DNA of 43,022 nucleotides. Origin: a virus. Of this stretch, positions 20,401 to 27,343 are shown piece after piece. The stretch lies in IMG/VR virus record IMGVR_UViG_3300045988_043056; one strand, 5' to 3'. The translations under genes were made by a program, and so were the position numbers. Position 1 is the stretch's first letter; each line of letters begins with the position of its first letter. The notes beneath the pieces are model-generated. The model saw only the letters and a list, made by a program, of their open reading frames with translations, did not search any database and was not told the origin of the DNA.

Positions 20401-22691
20401 ATATATTTGGAGATCAGCCCCGCATTCTCCGGGTCAACAATCGGGTTGCCGCCGAACAGTCCGTTCGTCCCGTATTCGATCAGGCCGCCCGCGATCAGCT
20501 TCACGGCCCGCTCCGGCATGCTCTTTCCCGCGTCCTCCGCTTCGCCGTAGCTGTTCAGCGCCGCGTTGGCCGAGATCAGCACGTTCGAGCTGTTTTTCAT
20601 CAGGTTCGCCATCTGTCCGGCAAACTTCGTGTAGCCGCTCACCCTTTTCTGTGCATTGGCAAGGCTCGAAGCGTACTTTCCCCCTTGGGAAAGCTGCGAG
20701 AGCGCCGTGTTCCCCGCGCTGATCTGCCCGGCTATCGCGCCCGCTGCGGCCATCTCCAGCGCCGCCTGCGTCAGGTCGCGCGTCATGTTCGCCGTGAACT
20801 TTGTGAATTTGCTTCCGTTCTGCGTCAGCTCCGAGGCGTACCGTCCCGCCTCGTACTCTCTCTGTTTTCCCGCCTGCCAGTCCTTGTTTTCGTAGTCTAT
20901 GCCCTGCTGGCCGCCCTCAACGAAGTAGTTTCCCACCGGATTTTCCGCAAGGCCGAACAGATTCAGCGTCTTGCCTGCCGCCTTTGTGAGATAGCCGAGG
21001 CCGCGCATAAGCACCTGCTCCATGCCGCCCGCGTATTTGGTCATCACATTTTCCATCGCGTTTACCGCGCCGGTTCCCGCCATGTCCGCATAGGTCTTTT
21101 CGTCGATCTTCCGGTACATTTCCAGTGCCGCCTGCATTCCGGCTTCGTTCGCGTTCAGGCCGTTTGCCTCTCTGGTCGCCCGCAGCTCTGCGGCATTCGG
21201 CGCGTCCGCAATCTGCTGCATGAATGCGTCATACTGCTCCTGCGTCATTTCCGTGTTGGCCAGATACTCCGGCAGCACCTCCTCGCTCAGGAACGTCACC
21301 GCTCTTCGCTCCGCGTCCGAGGTTCCCCAGTCTGTTCCGCCGTGGTCAAAGCCCATCTTTCCCAGCAGTTCATCCACCGGCGTGTATGCGATGTTCTCCC
21401 GCGTCAGATTTCCGCTCTGATACCGGAATTCCTTCATCGCGTCGCCCTTGCTCGGCAGCAGGCTCTTTGCCTCCTTGCGAATGTCGTCTATGCCGGAATT
21501 TGCCCACATCATGTCGGATTTCGGCAGGCCGGAAAGATACTCCTTCTTCCACTGCTCCACCTTGTCCAGCAGCGCCTCGTATTCGCTCTCCGTGCACTTC
21601 CCGCTGAGCGCAAGGTAATTCAGACGTTCGGCGATCTCCGTAAAGATTCCCGCGTGAATGTTCTGCGCCTGACTGTCCGACACGTCTCCGTGCGTGAATG
21701 CCTTCAGCTCCTCGAAGTCCTGCCGGATGTAGTCCTCGTGCTGCTGCACGGTCTGGTTCTGCCAGTCCGCCTTTTCGGCCTTTCTCTCCATGCCGGCCGC
21801 AAGCGTGCGTTCCTCCTGCTGGCCTAACCGGCGGTCGTAGGCCGAGCCGTATCCGGTCTGCACCTTCCCGTCCGCCGTGTATCGCGGCAGACGCATTCTT
21901 CCGCTGATCGCCACGTCCGGCATGGCCTTTCCGGTCAGCGGATTCGTAAGCTGTGCGCCCTTCGCGCTCGTCTGCATGTCCTCCAGTGCTTTCCGGTACT
22001 CCGCCATCTGCGTCATGAGCGTCTGCGCCGCAGGCGTGTTTTTCTTCTTCAGGTAAGCTTCGATCTCCTGCGCCTCGGTCAGGAGCGTCTGCGCCCCGCT
22101 GACCCACTGGTTCGCCCGCTCCGGCTCCGACATCCCCGCCGTGGTCTCCTGCGCCTTTTTGAAGTACGCATCCGCCTCCGTCTGGAACCGCGCAATGCCG
22201 CTTCCGAGCGCCAGACTGCCCTCGTCGTCCTCTTGTCCGTTCATTGCCTTCTGGTAGCGCTTGAGCTGCGTCTCCCACGCATTGAGCTGCTTCTGATAGC
22301 TCTGCGCGTCCTCGCCCATCACGTCCGCATAGCGGTTGAAGTAGTCGCGCTCCTTCTCCACGGCGCTGAGCATTGAGCGAACGCGCAGCTTGTAGCCATC
22401 GTTTCCCGAGCCTGCGCGATGTGCCTTGCTGAAGTAACCGTCCATTGTGCCGAACAGCGTTCCCATGTCCGTCTGCATCTGCGACCATCCCGAGGCGCTC
22501 ACGCAGCGCTCACGCTCTGCTTTCAGTGCATTTGCTTGCTGGCTCTGCATCTGCGCTTCATTTTTTCTGTACTCCGCCATGGTCGCCGGATAAGAAAAGC
22601 CGCCGGAGACCGCAGGGGTGTTCCCTGCGGTCTGCCGGTTTTCTTCTTGCTGCTTTCTGTATTCAGCCATTGTTTTCGGGTAGTTCATCAT
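11412..22691 (-). CDS. Giant 3,759-aa multi-domain virion-type protein (polyvalent-protein-like)
   Basis: A single open frame with ATGATG behind AGGGAGGAAAT. HExxH motifs lie at nt 19008-19022 (VLMEHELFHAKV) and nt 18120-18134 (LLHEIQHIIQKYEGF). A polyvalent-protein module lies at ~nt 17140-17600 (ILGSTGEVLQGLG...LNDPVLVLKS...VSAYVK...FVDKKR). A hydrophobic helix lies at nt 12911-12968. The ORF sits after the portal and a 341-aa protein. Confidence 0.85.
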   Translation of the reverse strand: MMNYPKTMAEYRKQQEENRQTAGNTPAVSGGFSYPATMAEYRKNEAQMQSQQANALKAERERCVSASGWSQMQTDMGTLFGTMDGYFSKAHRAGSGNDGYKLRVRSMLSAVEKERDYFNRYADVMGEDAQSYQKQLNAWETQLKRYQKAMNGQEDDEGSLALGSGIARFQTEADAYFKKAQETTAGMSEPERANQWVSGAQTLLTEAQEIEAYLKKKNTPAAQTLMTQMAEYRKALEDMQTSAKGAQLTNPLTGKAMPDVAISGRMRLPRYTADGKVQTGYGSAYDRRLGQQEERTLAAGMERKAEKADWQNQTVQQHEDYIRQDFEELKAFTHGDVSDSQAQNIHAGIFTEIAERLNYLALSGKCTESEYEALLDKVEQWKKEYLSGLPKSDMMWANSGIDDIRKEAKSLLPSKGDAMKEFRYQSGNLTRENIAYTPVDELLGKMGFDHGGTDWGTSDAERRAVTFLSEEVLPEYLANTEMTQEQYDAFMQQIADAPNAAELRATREANGLNANEAGMQAALEMYRKIDEKTYADMAGTGAVNAMENVMTKYAGGMEQVLMRGLGYLTKAAGKTLNLFGLAENPVGNYFVEGGQQGIDYENKDWQAGKQREYEAGRYASELTQNGSKFTKFTANMTRDLTQAALEMAAAGAIAGQISAGNTALSQLSQGGKYASSLANAQKRVSGYTKFAGQMANLMKNSSNVLISANAALNSYGEAEDAGKSMPERAVKLIAGGLIEYGTNGLFGGNPIVDPENAGLISKYITDLTDNETIRKIVSSKVFDRIGEGMEEVASAVAGAALDYALTGETDLTAKELVDEFTVGVLLSMVMSAPEDIVDLTARAKSYVQSKVITRFGKQAQSNLDVLYGTMAQYTAQYYAGDENLMRFNGWSESQIKKAKGEWNTIVREFNTLADRLESAQNISESFERYTPPQANGGFVDVEMQNIIRAEQQSNAALMTDRALDIQIITQRATIEALRGSTDATDIFVAESAQSYLDVLDAEKSARAAERAQRAAESAAQENIPTAEQTAQETPQAAQETDQSAAATVEQAEEINAPAAQETEGGMSNEQSQSVNENQERNERVGAEGQTGGVVESGSRIAADRGGTGEAGGNESENLRRQKLNERVERFKGTVLDTGMDKLTADGDPDVMVGIVPVRKYTQAMKQAQREAKEQGVKTTFVVGTMSIKGEDGEYHNTDAMFDAESGRIFVSVSSIYEPEVLMEHELFHAKVHAAEIDLVTALESVSENMTAEEYTEIVEQYMKAYRGAYDSDTAVYEEILADAYAGLNRFANRSFKKLIDAMRTHAAGMQSQRESNAPTAEVSQAVRRTQDSDGNEKTAREGGKRASMAGPKAKTASSKNLALAEAMEEDGASREEIWRKTGWIRGADGQWRFEVDDSKAEFRPNGDARLLGEPRYRRLEELTDKWGDSFEKGGEPLTEAEEAEMEALQEEYSDRVWEKKYELQDFLKHDELYEAYPLLRHTTLRFEKLDPGVKGKFDKRSNAIVLSDSLFGKGPETLLHEIQHIIQKYEGFQGGTSPEYWARRDYESGDRLQERLQREYSDILNGLTKEEQNDYIRYQEIDGELERLFYSEKPGDTEKYDRMDAEHDRLYEKLYPNEWFGKLIDLKRQMENPGEVYLGQYINSAGEIEARETASRRNLTAEERKNKMPDLGWNRALLTEDGEGTSKVQLSVDNPEGFAEAITQWDADGRRKTDFILGSTGEVLQGLGAIESDVYMRSEKIETILKQHPEMSLEEIKKIPSVLNDPVLVLKSRQSDSKRGNSRVVVFGSMKNTNGAPMLAVLDLRPVEGNLLIEDMQKVVSAYVKTGNPAGFLKNSEAMFVDKKRAARLLRSTGLQLRPGSLPPSGYIGSITYRGKNVNITGKQFSEFLQETKETGNENLTTIRNLNEDDLEVLYGSARIPVQELLTNTEGAGDVSLIVKNEDARNNNAHLENMAAVIPSSVDWWLVERLKMNGLNVVEYRAGNEQARQEAEADAEKLLEPKKRFSLSPEEKVQRAENKLTAAQEKLEQEKEKAQERYKRDLTSGMRRLFNIQSYDSKELNGLLETPMLEMQQGVKLLKAEKDDLFEAVMNLGTETMPADDYYREIRDTIYGQKVFVPEWVRTEFGDDWNSFKKRAMGRHKFYFVEDEGKQGIDQLYKELAEQYPGAFPGTYDMTEMLRRMEDMADKGMDTKLPYRQAMEENEKRFGLKREEQLEYQRQEFEKLLNRYEKQAGAEAREARARTETDERLESILREADGVQPTKKAEGVVEPWTISEAAAQKRGFPFLNGKQVYPLRTWVKAADMGNYGLVLDKSTKKGMLTVLFTNKETGLSSVKDMETKLLTAVEPKYQPSVQETAALLASMPPEKLEDAADAEDLGAFYEWYDGQTEGRETNDLRPVAEERAEKSRQAAQEIEKQRGESALEEQEAYEQKKAERIEGIRKAYLESFGTTEPKLPYGKDRPMQSRFTTLQPGEALSLLQAMTGTKWALTNNADGTWKATMTKDPAPKTSISPKEALERLEAAKKTYGQQIPGVHPEGIAKENFKGSPALEKAGVKIDGGIADYGQVETMRKGAETRRSVKWQIDKTIQRMEATKQEIRAAKKIAQGKQEYYRLPDKCRPEVVSQLSALYLNERMTGEDLIQVRKSEIRDGLFYKMMELFPTENEIMANPELFKAEKLLVLNYRTALRSMVNIFGEERGMEIYNYLFAPVIRNTAESYRWTNQQFDDVKEFTDSSGKKSRLNETERAYVHMMLDVEGYVEKAERSDRGDILKDAAKKVAKGESISNETIEFALNSEEAKIVEKYAQWINGKDTEGIDKKKCENAMQEYRKKFDLYFEAINDFLVAHGMQPIGRIQGYTPHMPLAEKFNLMSKALEVLGLNETVTTLPAEISGRTEGFRPQRRWNPFLLERKTDKTAYDIEEAFQSYVQYLSDILFHTDDIQKVRAAESYLRKGLRGNFVDDLQKAIDMSRSSDAEEKIEYLQEMGQIGADDYDLSDAEMMQVFDRLISELVGEETNKTRYSPLVVWLKNYGDILAGKQFGGDRGTEYGGGREWLNIGNKLVGAFAKANVAGNLSSVLNQSAQLAMLQATRSQRAILKATQEFCTGKLGEFRKEIDFLTGKKGIDYLVQSGTDKFISGMFAPAEFMDSMLSTIATRAAYWDAIRNGKSHEEAMRFADWYGRALMGDRTKGAKPLKFHSKGVVVQMLNVFQIEPLNTVEFVTQDMPLEIKREAREHGKKSAARMLLRTIFGYLIAAFVLNRLTDELYGGTPAPLDIAGLTANFFASGKGLPTNDYIKNLINKVVGSEIFDVQKPKEGFDTSAAIKDTGYNLMNEIPFASNLSGLLGVGDRSMPFPNIFGTGKNFYDALFPGNGKSANGQEVLEKGLEFLAELVPGGRQAKKTGYGIKAIAQGGKTKGYGDNERLLYALDTDNVWNDIRTVLFGTNATPEANRYYAGDSYGLNADQTKLWKELRDEGVNGYALYGLMMRMDDAMNYSDIPEPKDDESEEEKAKRLQQKEEHRKKARAELAAQEGLTDGQRMRIYSAMVESGKNDAIDKLLDAGMKWKNISEILDKRGELKAGKTESEWAAEFASWLDGKKYSGKNREAINEALVPQSASFYNKMTAAGVGKNSAIKIEEIARKAAKADGKNFSEAYQARAVAQAGLSENEAYKALCAIYSDGTAEKFKEAHEAGIPAKEYTKFWLAQAELESDRDEDGEFISGSKREKVIELIDSLSLTAEQKDWIMGQKYKSYDWWMMPWS

Positions 22692-22705
22692 ATTTCCTCC
22701 CTGCT

Positions 22706-23731
22706 TTATCGGTTTTCATCCCATCGGCCTGTATAACGACCTGACCCCGGTGTCTTTGTGTTTGGCTTTTTGGTGTATATCTTTTCACGGTTATTCTTTG
22801 CATTTTCGTACCCGCCGTTGTAGCTGTTTCCGCCGTAGGTCGTCATGGTCTTAAGCCACTGCAAGAGTTCCTCCTCGTCATATCCAAGGTCGCCCCAGCT
22901 CCGGATATCCTGAATAACAGATTCCGGGCCGTACTTGTTTGCTTTCTTCAGCAGCGTCTGCCGCACATCGTCGCCCACGGTCTTTAATTTTCTGCTGCTC
23001 GAGCTTCCCCCTCCGGAGTAGCTTCTCGAGTACGCCGCGCTCTGTGCTGCCGATGCGATTTTCTGCGCGTCTCCCGCCGAGATTCCCGCCGCCGCCAGAA
23101 GATCGCTTGATGGCATCTGCCCGTTCTGCAGCAGCGTCAGCGCCAGCGTGTAGGAGTCGCTTCTTGCCTGCTGCTCCTTCTGCCAGGCGAATTGATCCTC
23201 CTGCATCTTCCTGCTCCACTCCTGATAGGCCTGATCCGCCGTCTGCGCGCCCACCTGCACGCCGAGGATCTGCGCCACGCGGTCGTCCGCTGCGCCCAGC
23301 TCCTTCCAGCGCGTCATGGCCGCATCGATCTGCTGCTGGTAGAGGCTCGGCAGCGTCTCTGCAAGCTTGCTTTTCTGGTAGTCTGCCGCCTGTGAGGCCG
23401 CTGCCACCGCCTGCGTCGAGGGGATGCCGCCCGTCATCGTCGCGTACTGTCCCAGTGTGTCGCGTCCGGTTCTGTCCGCTTCCCGCAGATACGCCTTTTT
23501 GTAGGCCGAGATCACGTCGTCCCCCAGCAGATAGTCCACCGTCGATTTCTGCGTTCCCATCACCTTGTCCAGCTCCGCCGCATAGGGGCTGACCCCCTGC
23601 GCCGTGGGCTGCGCCCCCGTCACGCTGTTCAGCTCCGCCACATACGGATTTGTCGGCTGCGTCTGCTGCACGTTCAGCAGCTTTGCCAGCTCCTCGGCTG
23701 ACAGCTTCGTATAGTCAATTTCGTTTGCCAT
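22706..23731 (-). CDS. Hypothetical virion-module protein (341 aa)
   Basis: It lies between the portal and the giant ORF. It is helical and A/Q-rich with an S/G-rich linker (YSRSYSGGGSSSSRK). I see no motif I can name. Confidence 0.6.
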   Translation of the reverse strand: MANEIDYTKLSAEELAKLLNVQQTQPTNPYVAELNSVTGAQPTAQGVSPYAAELDKVMGTQKSTVDYLLGDDVISAYKKAYLREADRTGRDTLGQYATMTGGIPSTQAVAAASQAADYQKSKLAETLPSLYQQQIDAAMTRWKELGAADDRVAQILGVQVGAQTADQAYQEWSRKMQEDQFAWQKEQQARSDSYTLALTLLQNGQMPSSDLLAAAGISAGDAQKIASAAQSAAYSRSYSGGGSSSSRKLKTVGDDVRQTLLKKANKYGPESVIQDIRSWGDLGYDEEELLQWLKTMTTYGGNSYNGGYENAKNNREKIYTKKPNTKTPGSGRYTGRWDENR

Positions 23732-23734
23732 GTC

Positions 23735-25822
23735 TTAACCTCCCATCTCCGTCGGCTTCTGCATCGCCATTTGTGCCTGCATCATCAGCATCTGCTGCTG
23801 AAGCTGCTCCTCTCTGCGCTGCTCCATCAAGGTCTTGATCTTACCCGCACCCGGGAAATGATCCTCCTCCATCTTCGTCCAGTATAGGATCAGCGTGTCA
23901 ATGCTGTTCGGGTCTCCGAAAGCGCCGGACTGCAGGTGCGCCGTGGTCTCCTGCCACATCGCCTCGCGGTTCGTGGCAAGGCCGGACGCATCGTCGCAGG
24001 AGAACAGGAATTGGTCGTTCCAGTAAAGCTCCCCGGCATCGTCCATTCTCAAAAATGCGTAGGAATTCCATTCCTCGTATTCCTGATTGCCCTTCTCGTC
24101 CCGGAAGCGCAGCGGCCGCTTCTCTTCGCAGTATGCCAGTTGGTTTTTGAACATCCGCTCGAAGATTCGCGCATACGCCGCTTTCTTCAGCACGCGCTTA
24201 CTCTCCAAGCGTCCCGCCGACTGTGCTGCCGCAAATTCCTTTGCCTTGCCGGACTGCGCCGTCGGGTCTGTCCGTCCCTGATAGCTGTCCGTCATGCCGA
24301 TCAAGCGTCTGGATTCCTCGTAGGCCTGCGTCAGCATCGCCATGTTCGGGGTGATGTCCGCCTGAAAGTCTCTCACCGCGATCAGGCTTGCATCCGCTGC
24401 ATTGCCCACATACCAGATGCCGTTGTCCTGCGGGTCAACTCTCAGGTGCGTCGAATCCGGCAGTGTGATCTTGCTGCCCGCCTTCATCAGCCGGTCTATG
24501 GTTTTCTGCTCCAGGCGGTTGATGGTGTTCTGCTGGTCTGCGATCTTGTCGCAGTCCGATTCGCCTAAGAATTTTCCGTGCGCCGTGACGTTCCGCCGCA
24601 GCACCGCCATGAAAATATCCGGCTTATAATACGGGATTTCGATTTCCTCGTCTCCCTGCTCCTGCTCTGTCGGCAGTTCCTGCGCTGCCGGTGGCTGCAT
24701 TTCCGGCGTCGGCATTGTCTGCATCGCCGGAACCTCCTGCGCGCCGAGGCTTCCCATCGGCTCCTGCTCCGTCGGCATTCCCGTCGGCTCCTGCGGCATT
24801 GCCTGTTCTTCCGGCTGGTAGAAGATTCTCCCGAATCCGTGCTCCGCTCTCAGCCGCTCCACGATCATCGGGTCAATGCCCAGCGTGTCCAGCTCACTCA
24901 GCCGCACCCTGCGCGAGGTCTCCACCACGTCCTCCCAGCTTCTCGACCCGCAGAACGAACACACGCCCTTTCTCGGCTTCCGCTTCTCTGCATCGTCCGG
25001 GTATGTTCCGTCCTGCGTCGGCTCGCTCAGGTCTATGTATGCGCTGTCGGCTTCGGTCTGTCCGCACTTCTTGCAGCGCCGCAGGATGCGTGCCTGGCAA
25101 TCCTTCAGGTCCTCAACCTCCATATCGCCCACCCACGCAAAGCGGCCAATGCCGCCCTCGTCGTTCCGGTATTCCGCGATCTTCAGCGTGACCACGTCCT
25201 CGGCGTTGCTTTCCTCCGCACCTCTGACCTCCGGCATTTCCTCCTGAAGGTCTCCCACGTCTACGCCGTAGCGTCTGCGCAGATAGTCCTTTGTCACCGG
25301 AATCAGCCAGAAGTAGTAGGCCATTTCGTCCACTTCCTTCACGCCGTCCTGCGGTATAAACTGCATTGGGTGGACGCATTTCAGCGTGTTCTCGCCCACG
25401 GTCGTGTGCGTCCGCTTGCTCGTGTCCCACTCCGGCAGATACAGGCAGCCGCCCTGCTTGTAGGTGATGCGCTCGGATTCGTCGTTCAGCTCCTCCGTCG
25501 GCAGCCGGTCCAGCTCGTTTCGCAGCATGTTTTCGATCATCCGCGCCAGATGCTCGTCCTCGCGGCGCATCGGCGTGACCTTCGGCATCGGGATAGAGCT
25601 GTCGATCTCCGATTCGATGTTTTCTGCCGTGATGTTCCAGACGTGGCTTGTCTCCTTCTGGTATCCGTACTTTCTGTCGTTTTCCGTCAGCGGTGTCAGC
25701 GTGCGGTCGCCCGCATACTGCGCTTCGCGCCGGTGCATTCTTTCGCGCTCTGCCTCGTAGGCCGTCAGGTTCTTTTCCAGCCTGCTCTGCCACAGGCTCA
25801 CGCCGTCTTTTCTGTCTTTCAT
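23735..25822 (-). CDS. Portal protein (with a Zn-ribbon and P/Q/E-rich insertion)
   Basis: 695 aa, immediately downstream of TerL. The size and position are typical of a portal. CKKCG...CSFCG lies at nt 24944-25075. The low-complexity run QPEEQAMPQEPTGMPTEQEPMG...QELPTEQEQGDEE follows it. Confidence 0.75.
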   Translation of the reverse strand: MKDRKDGVSLWQSRLEKNLTAYEAERERMHRREAQYAGDRTLTPLTENDRKYGYQKETSHVWNITAENIESEIDSSIPMPKVTPMRREDEHLARMIENMLRNELDRLPTEELNDESERITYKQGGCLYLPEWDTSKRTHTTVGENTLKCVHPMQFIPQDGVKEVDEMAYYFWLIPVTKDYLRRRYGVDVGDLQEEMPEVRGAEESNAEDVVTLKIAEYRNDEGGIGRFAWVGDMEVEDLKDCQARILRRCKKCGQTEADSAYIDLSEPTQDGTYPDDAEKRKPRKGVCSFCGSRSWEDVVETSRRVRLSELDTLGIDPMIVERLRAEHGFGRIFYQPEEQAMPQEPTGMPTEQEPMGSLGAQEVPAMQTMPTPEMQPPAAQELPTEQEQGDEEIEIPYYKPDIFMAVLRRNVTAHGKFLGESDCDKIADQQNTINRLEQKTIDRLMKAGSKITLPDSTHLRVDPQDNGIWYVGNAADASLIAVRDFQADITPNMAMLTQAYEESRRLIGMTDSYQGRTDPTAQSGKAKEFAAAQSAGRLESKRVLKKAAYARIFERMFKNQLAYCEEKRPLRFRDEKGNQEYEEWNSYAFLRMDDAGELYWNDQFLFSCDDASGLATNREAMWQETTAHLQSGAFGDPNSIDTLILYWTKMEEDHFPGAGKIKTLMEQRREEQLQQQMLMMQAQMAMQKPTEMGG

Positions 25823-25831
25823 ACTGCCTCC

Positions 25832-27343
25832 TTAAAATGGGTTTCCCCAAAGTCTGATCAGCTCGGCGCGCTCTGCGTCGCCCGCTGCGTAATAGTCCTC
25901 CCATTGGTCGTCGTGCCACCGGGCTTTCCTTCCCTCCGGCTCTGCAATGCGCGTCTCCTGCTGGTCCCGGATGTAGTAGGTAATTGCAAGCGCCATCACG
26001 CAGTCGTCGTGCGCGCCCTCTATCGCCTCCGGCCGTCCTTTTTCGTTTCTGGCAAAGGTCAGCATTTCCTGCAGCGTGTCCTCGTCGTCCACCAGTTCCG
26101 GATGCTCTCGCATAATGCCCACCAGCCCCGCGATGATCGTCGGCCTTGTCAGCCGGTCGGTGCGGAAGCCGTAGGACATCTTCACTTCCTTCGTGATTCT
26201 GTCCTCCACCTCTCGCAGATAGAGCTTCGGGTATTTCAGCCGCTGCAGCTCCTTTGTCGGGTGCGTCGAGAAGTTGATCTCTATCCCGATAAGCGCGGTG
26301 TTGTAGTACATTCCGAGGCAGTAGAGATTCCGCGCAAACAGATCCTCGTCCGTCCTCGTTCGGTACTTTGCCACGAGCCGCCCCGTGGCATTGTCTATCA
26401 CCTGCGCCACGAACCAGTCGCAGCCTTCGCCCGCCGTGTCCGCGCCGATCACATACGGGTGTCCCTTTTCCGGCCTCCTGTAAATGATCGTCTCGCCCGC
26501 TGCGTCCTCGCGGAATTTCCAGCCCGTCACGGCAAGCTCGTTGTAGGTGTAGTCGAACTCCCCGCGCGTCTCCGGCTTTCCGAGGTTCTGCAGCTTCTCC
26601 ATCAGGATTTCGCGGTTGAAGATCGTCGCCGAGAGCACGCCCCACTGTCCAAGGCAGTACACCTGATAGTAGTAGGGGTCTGTCTCCTTCATGGCCTCCA
26701 GCGTCAGCCTGTCCTCCTCCGGCAGGAACCGGTTGTCCGTGTATACGCTCTTGTGCGTCAGCACGCGCGGGTCTTTCCGGTCAAAGAAGCGCTTTTTCAG
26801 CCAGTGCGTGATGCTGATGGGGTTAAACGTCAGGATGATCTGCTTGTAGTATCTCGTGTTGCCGCGCAGTCGGATGTCCAACTGGTTAAAATCCTGTTCC
26901 TCGATCTCCGTGGCTTCCTCGATCCAGATTCCCGTGATGTTGTAGATGGACTTCAGCTTTTCCGCGTCGTCCAGCCCCGCAAAGATGATCTCCGAGCCGT
27001 TTTTGAATTGCAGATACATGTCCGAGCCTTTCCCCTTCGGGATTTTCTCGATCATCTCCGGATACAGCTCCTGCGCCTGCCGCTTGAGCTGGTCAAAGCA
27101 GCTTTCCCGCAGGGTCTTTGCGACCTTCCGCACCACCAGAAAGCGGTGCTTTTCCTCCGTCGCGCAGCGGTCTATGATCTTCTGACCGGCGAAAATGCTC
27201 TTTCCCGAGCCGCCGCCGCCCATCAGCACCAGGTGCTTGTGCTTGTCAAAAAGCAGCGGCAGGAACTTCTCGTTCATGATCTCCCGCATTTTCTTGAACC
27301 ACAGCATTGCCCGATATTGCTCTTCTGTGATCTTCGCCTTCAT
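25832..27343 (-). CDS. terL: Terminase large subunit
   Basis: I place the start at ATG 27341-27343 (ATGA overlap with the upstream stop). MKAKITEEQYRAMLWFKKMREIMNEKFLPLLFDKHKHLVLMGGGGSGKS contains the Walker A motif. A nuclease-half pattern follows (GADTAGEG...DWFV...DDCVMALA). The ORF-track N-terminal extension has no RBS. Confidence 0.9.
   Translation of the reverse strand: MKAKITEEQYRAMLWFKKMREIMNEKFLPLLFDKHKHLVLMGGGGSGKSIFAGQKIIDRCATEEKHRFLVVRKVAKTLRESCFDQLKRQAQELYPEMIEKIPKGKGSDMYLQFKNGSEIIFAGLDDAEKLKSIYNITGIWIEEATEIEEQDFNQLDIRLRGNTRYYKQIILTFNPISITHWLKKRFFDRKDPRVLTHKSVYTDNRFLPEEDRLTLEAMKETDPYYYQVYCLGQWGVLSATIFNREILMEKLQNLGKPETRGEFDYTYNELAVTGWKFREDAAGETIIYRRPEKGHPYVIGADTAGEGCDWFVAQVIDNATGRLVAKYRTRTDEDLFARNLYCLGMYYNTALIGIEINFSTHPTKELQRLKYPKLYLREVEDRITKEVKMSYGFRTDRLTRPTIIAGLVGIMREHPELVDDEDTLQEMLTFARNEKGRPEAIEGAHDDCVMALAITYYIRDQQETRIAEPEGRKARWHDDQWEDYYAAGDAERAELIRLWGNPF

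Noticed and set aside
11412-22691. The giant ORF as a virion RNA polymerase (N4 vRNAP-like or crAss-like).
   Set aside because: Reading the sequence by eye, I found no NADFDGD/DxDGD-type or T7-like polymerase motifs. The only DxDxD (DRDEDGEF, near the C-terminus) sits in a helical-repeat region and looks like an EF-hand or dockerin-type Ca loop. This is not excluded; it needs a profile search.
11412-22691. A canonical MuF (SPP1 gp7) domain at the N-terminus of the giant ORF.
   Set aside because: The position fits, but I could not see the MuF signature in the N-terminal ~900 aa. The call is left as 'polyvalent-like' only.
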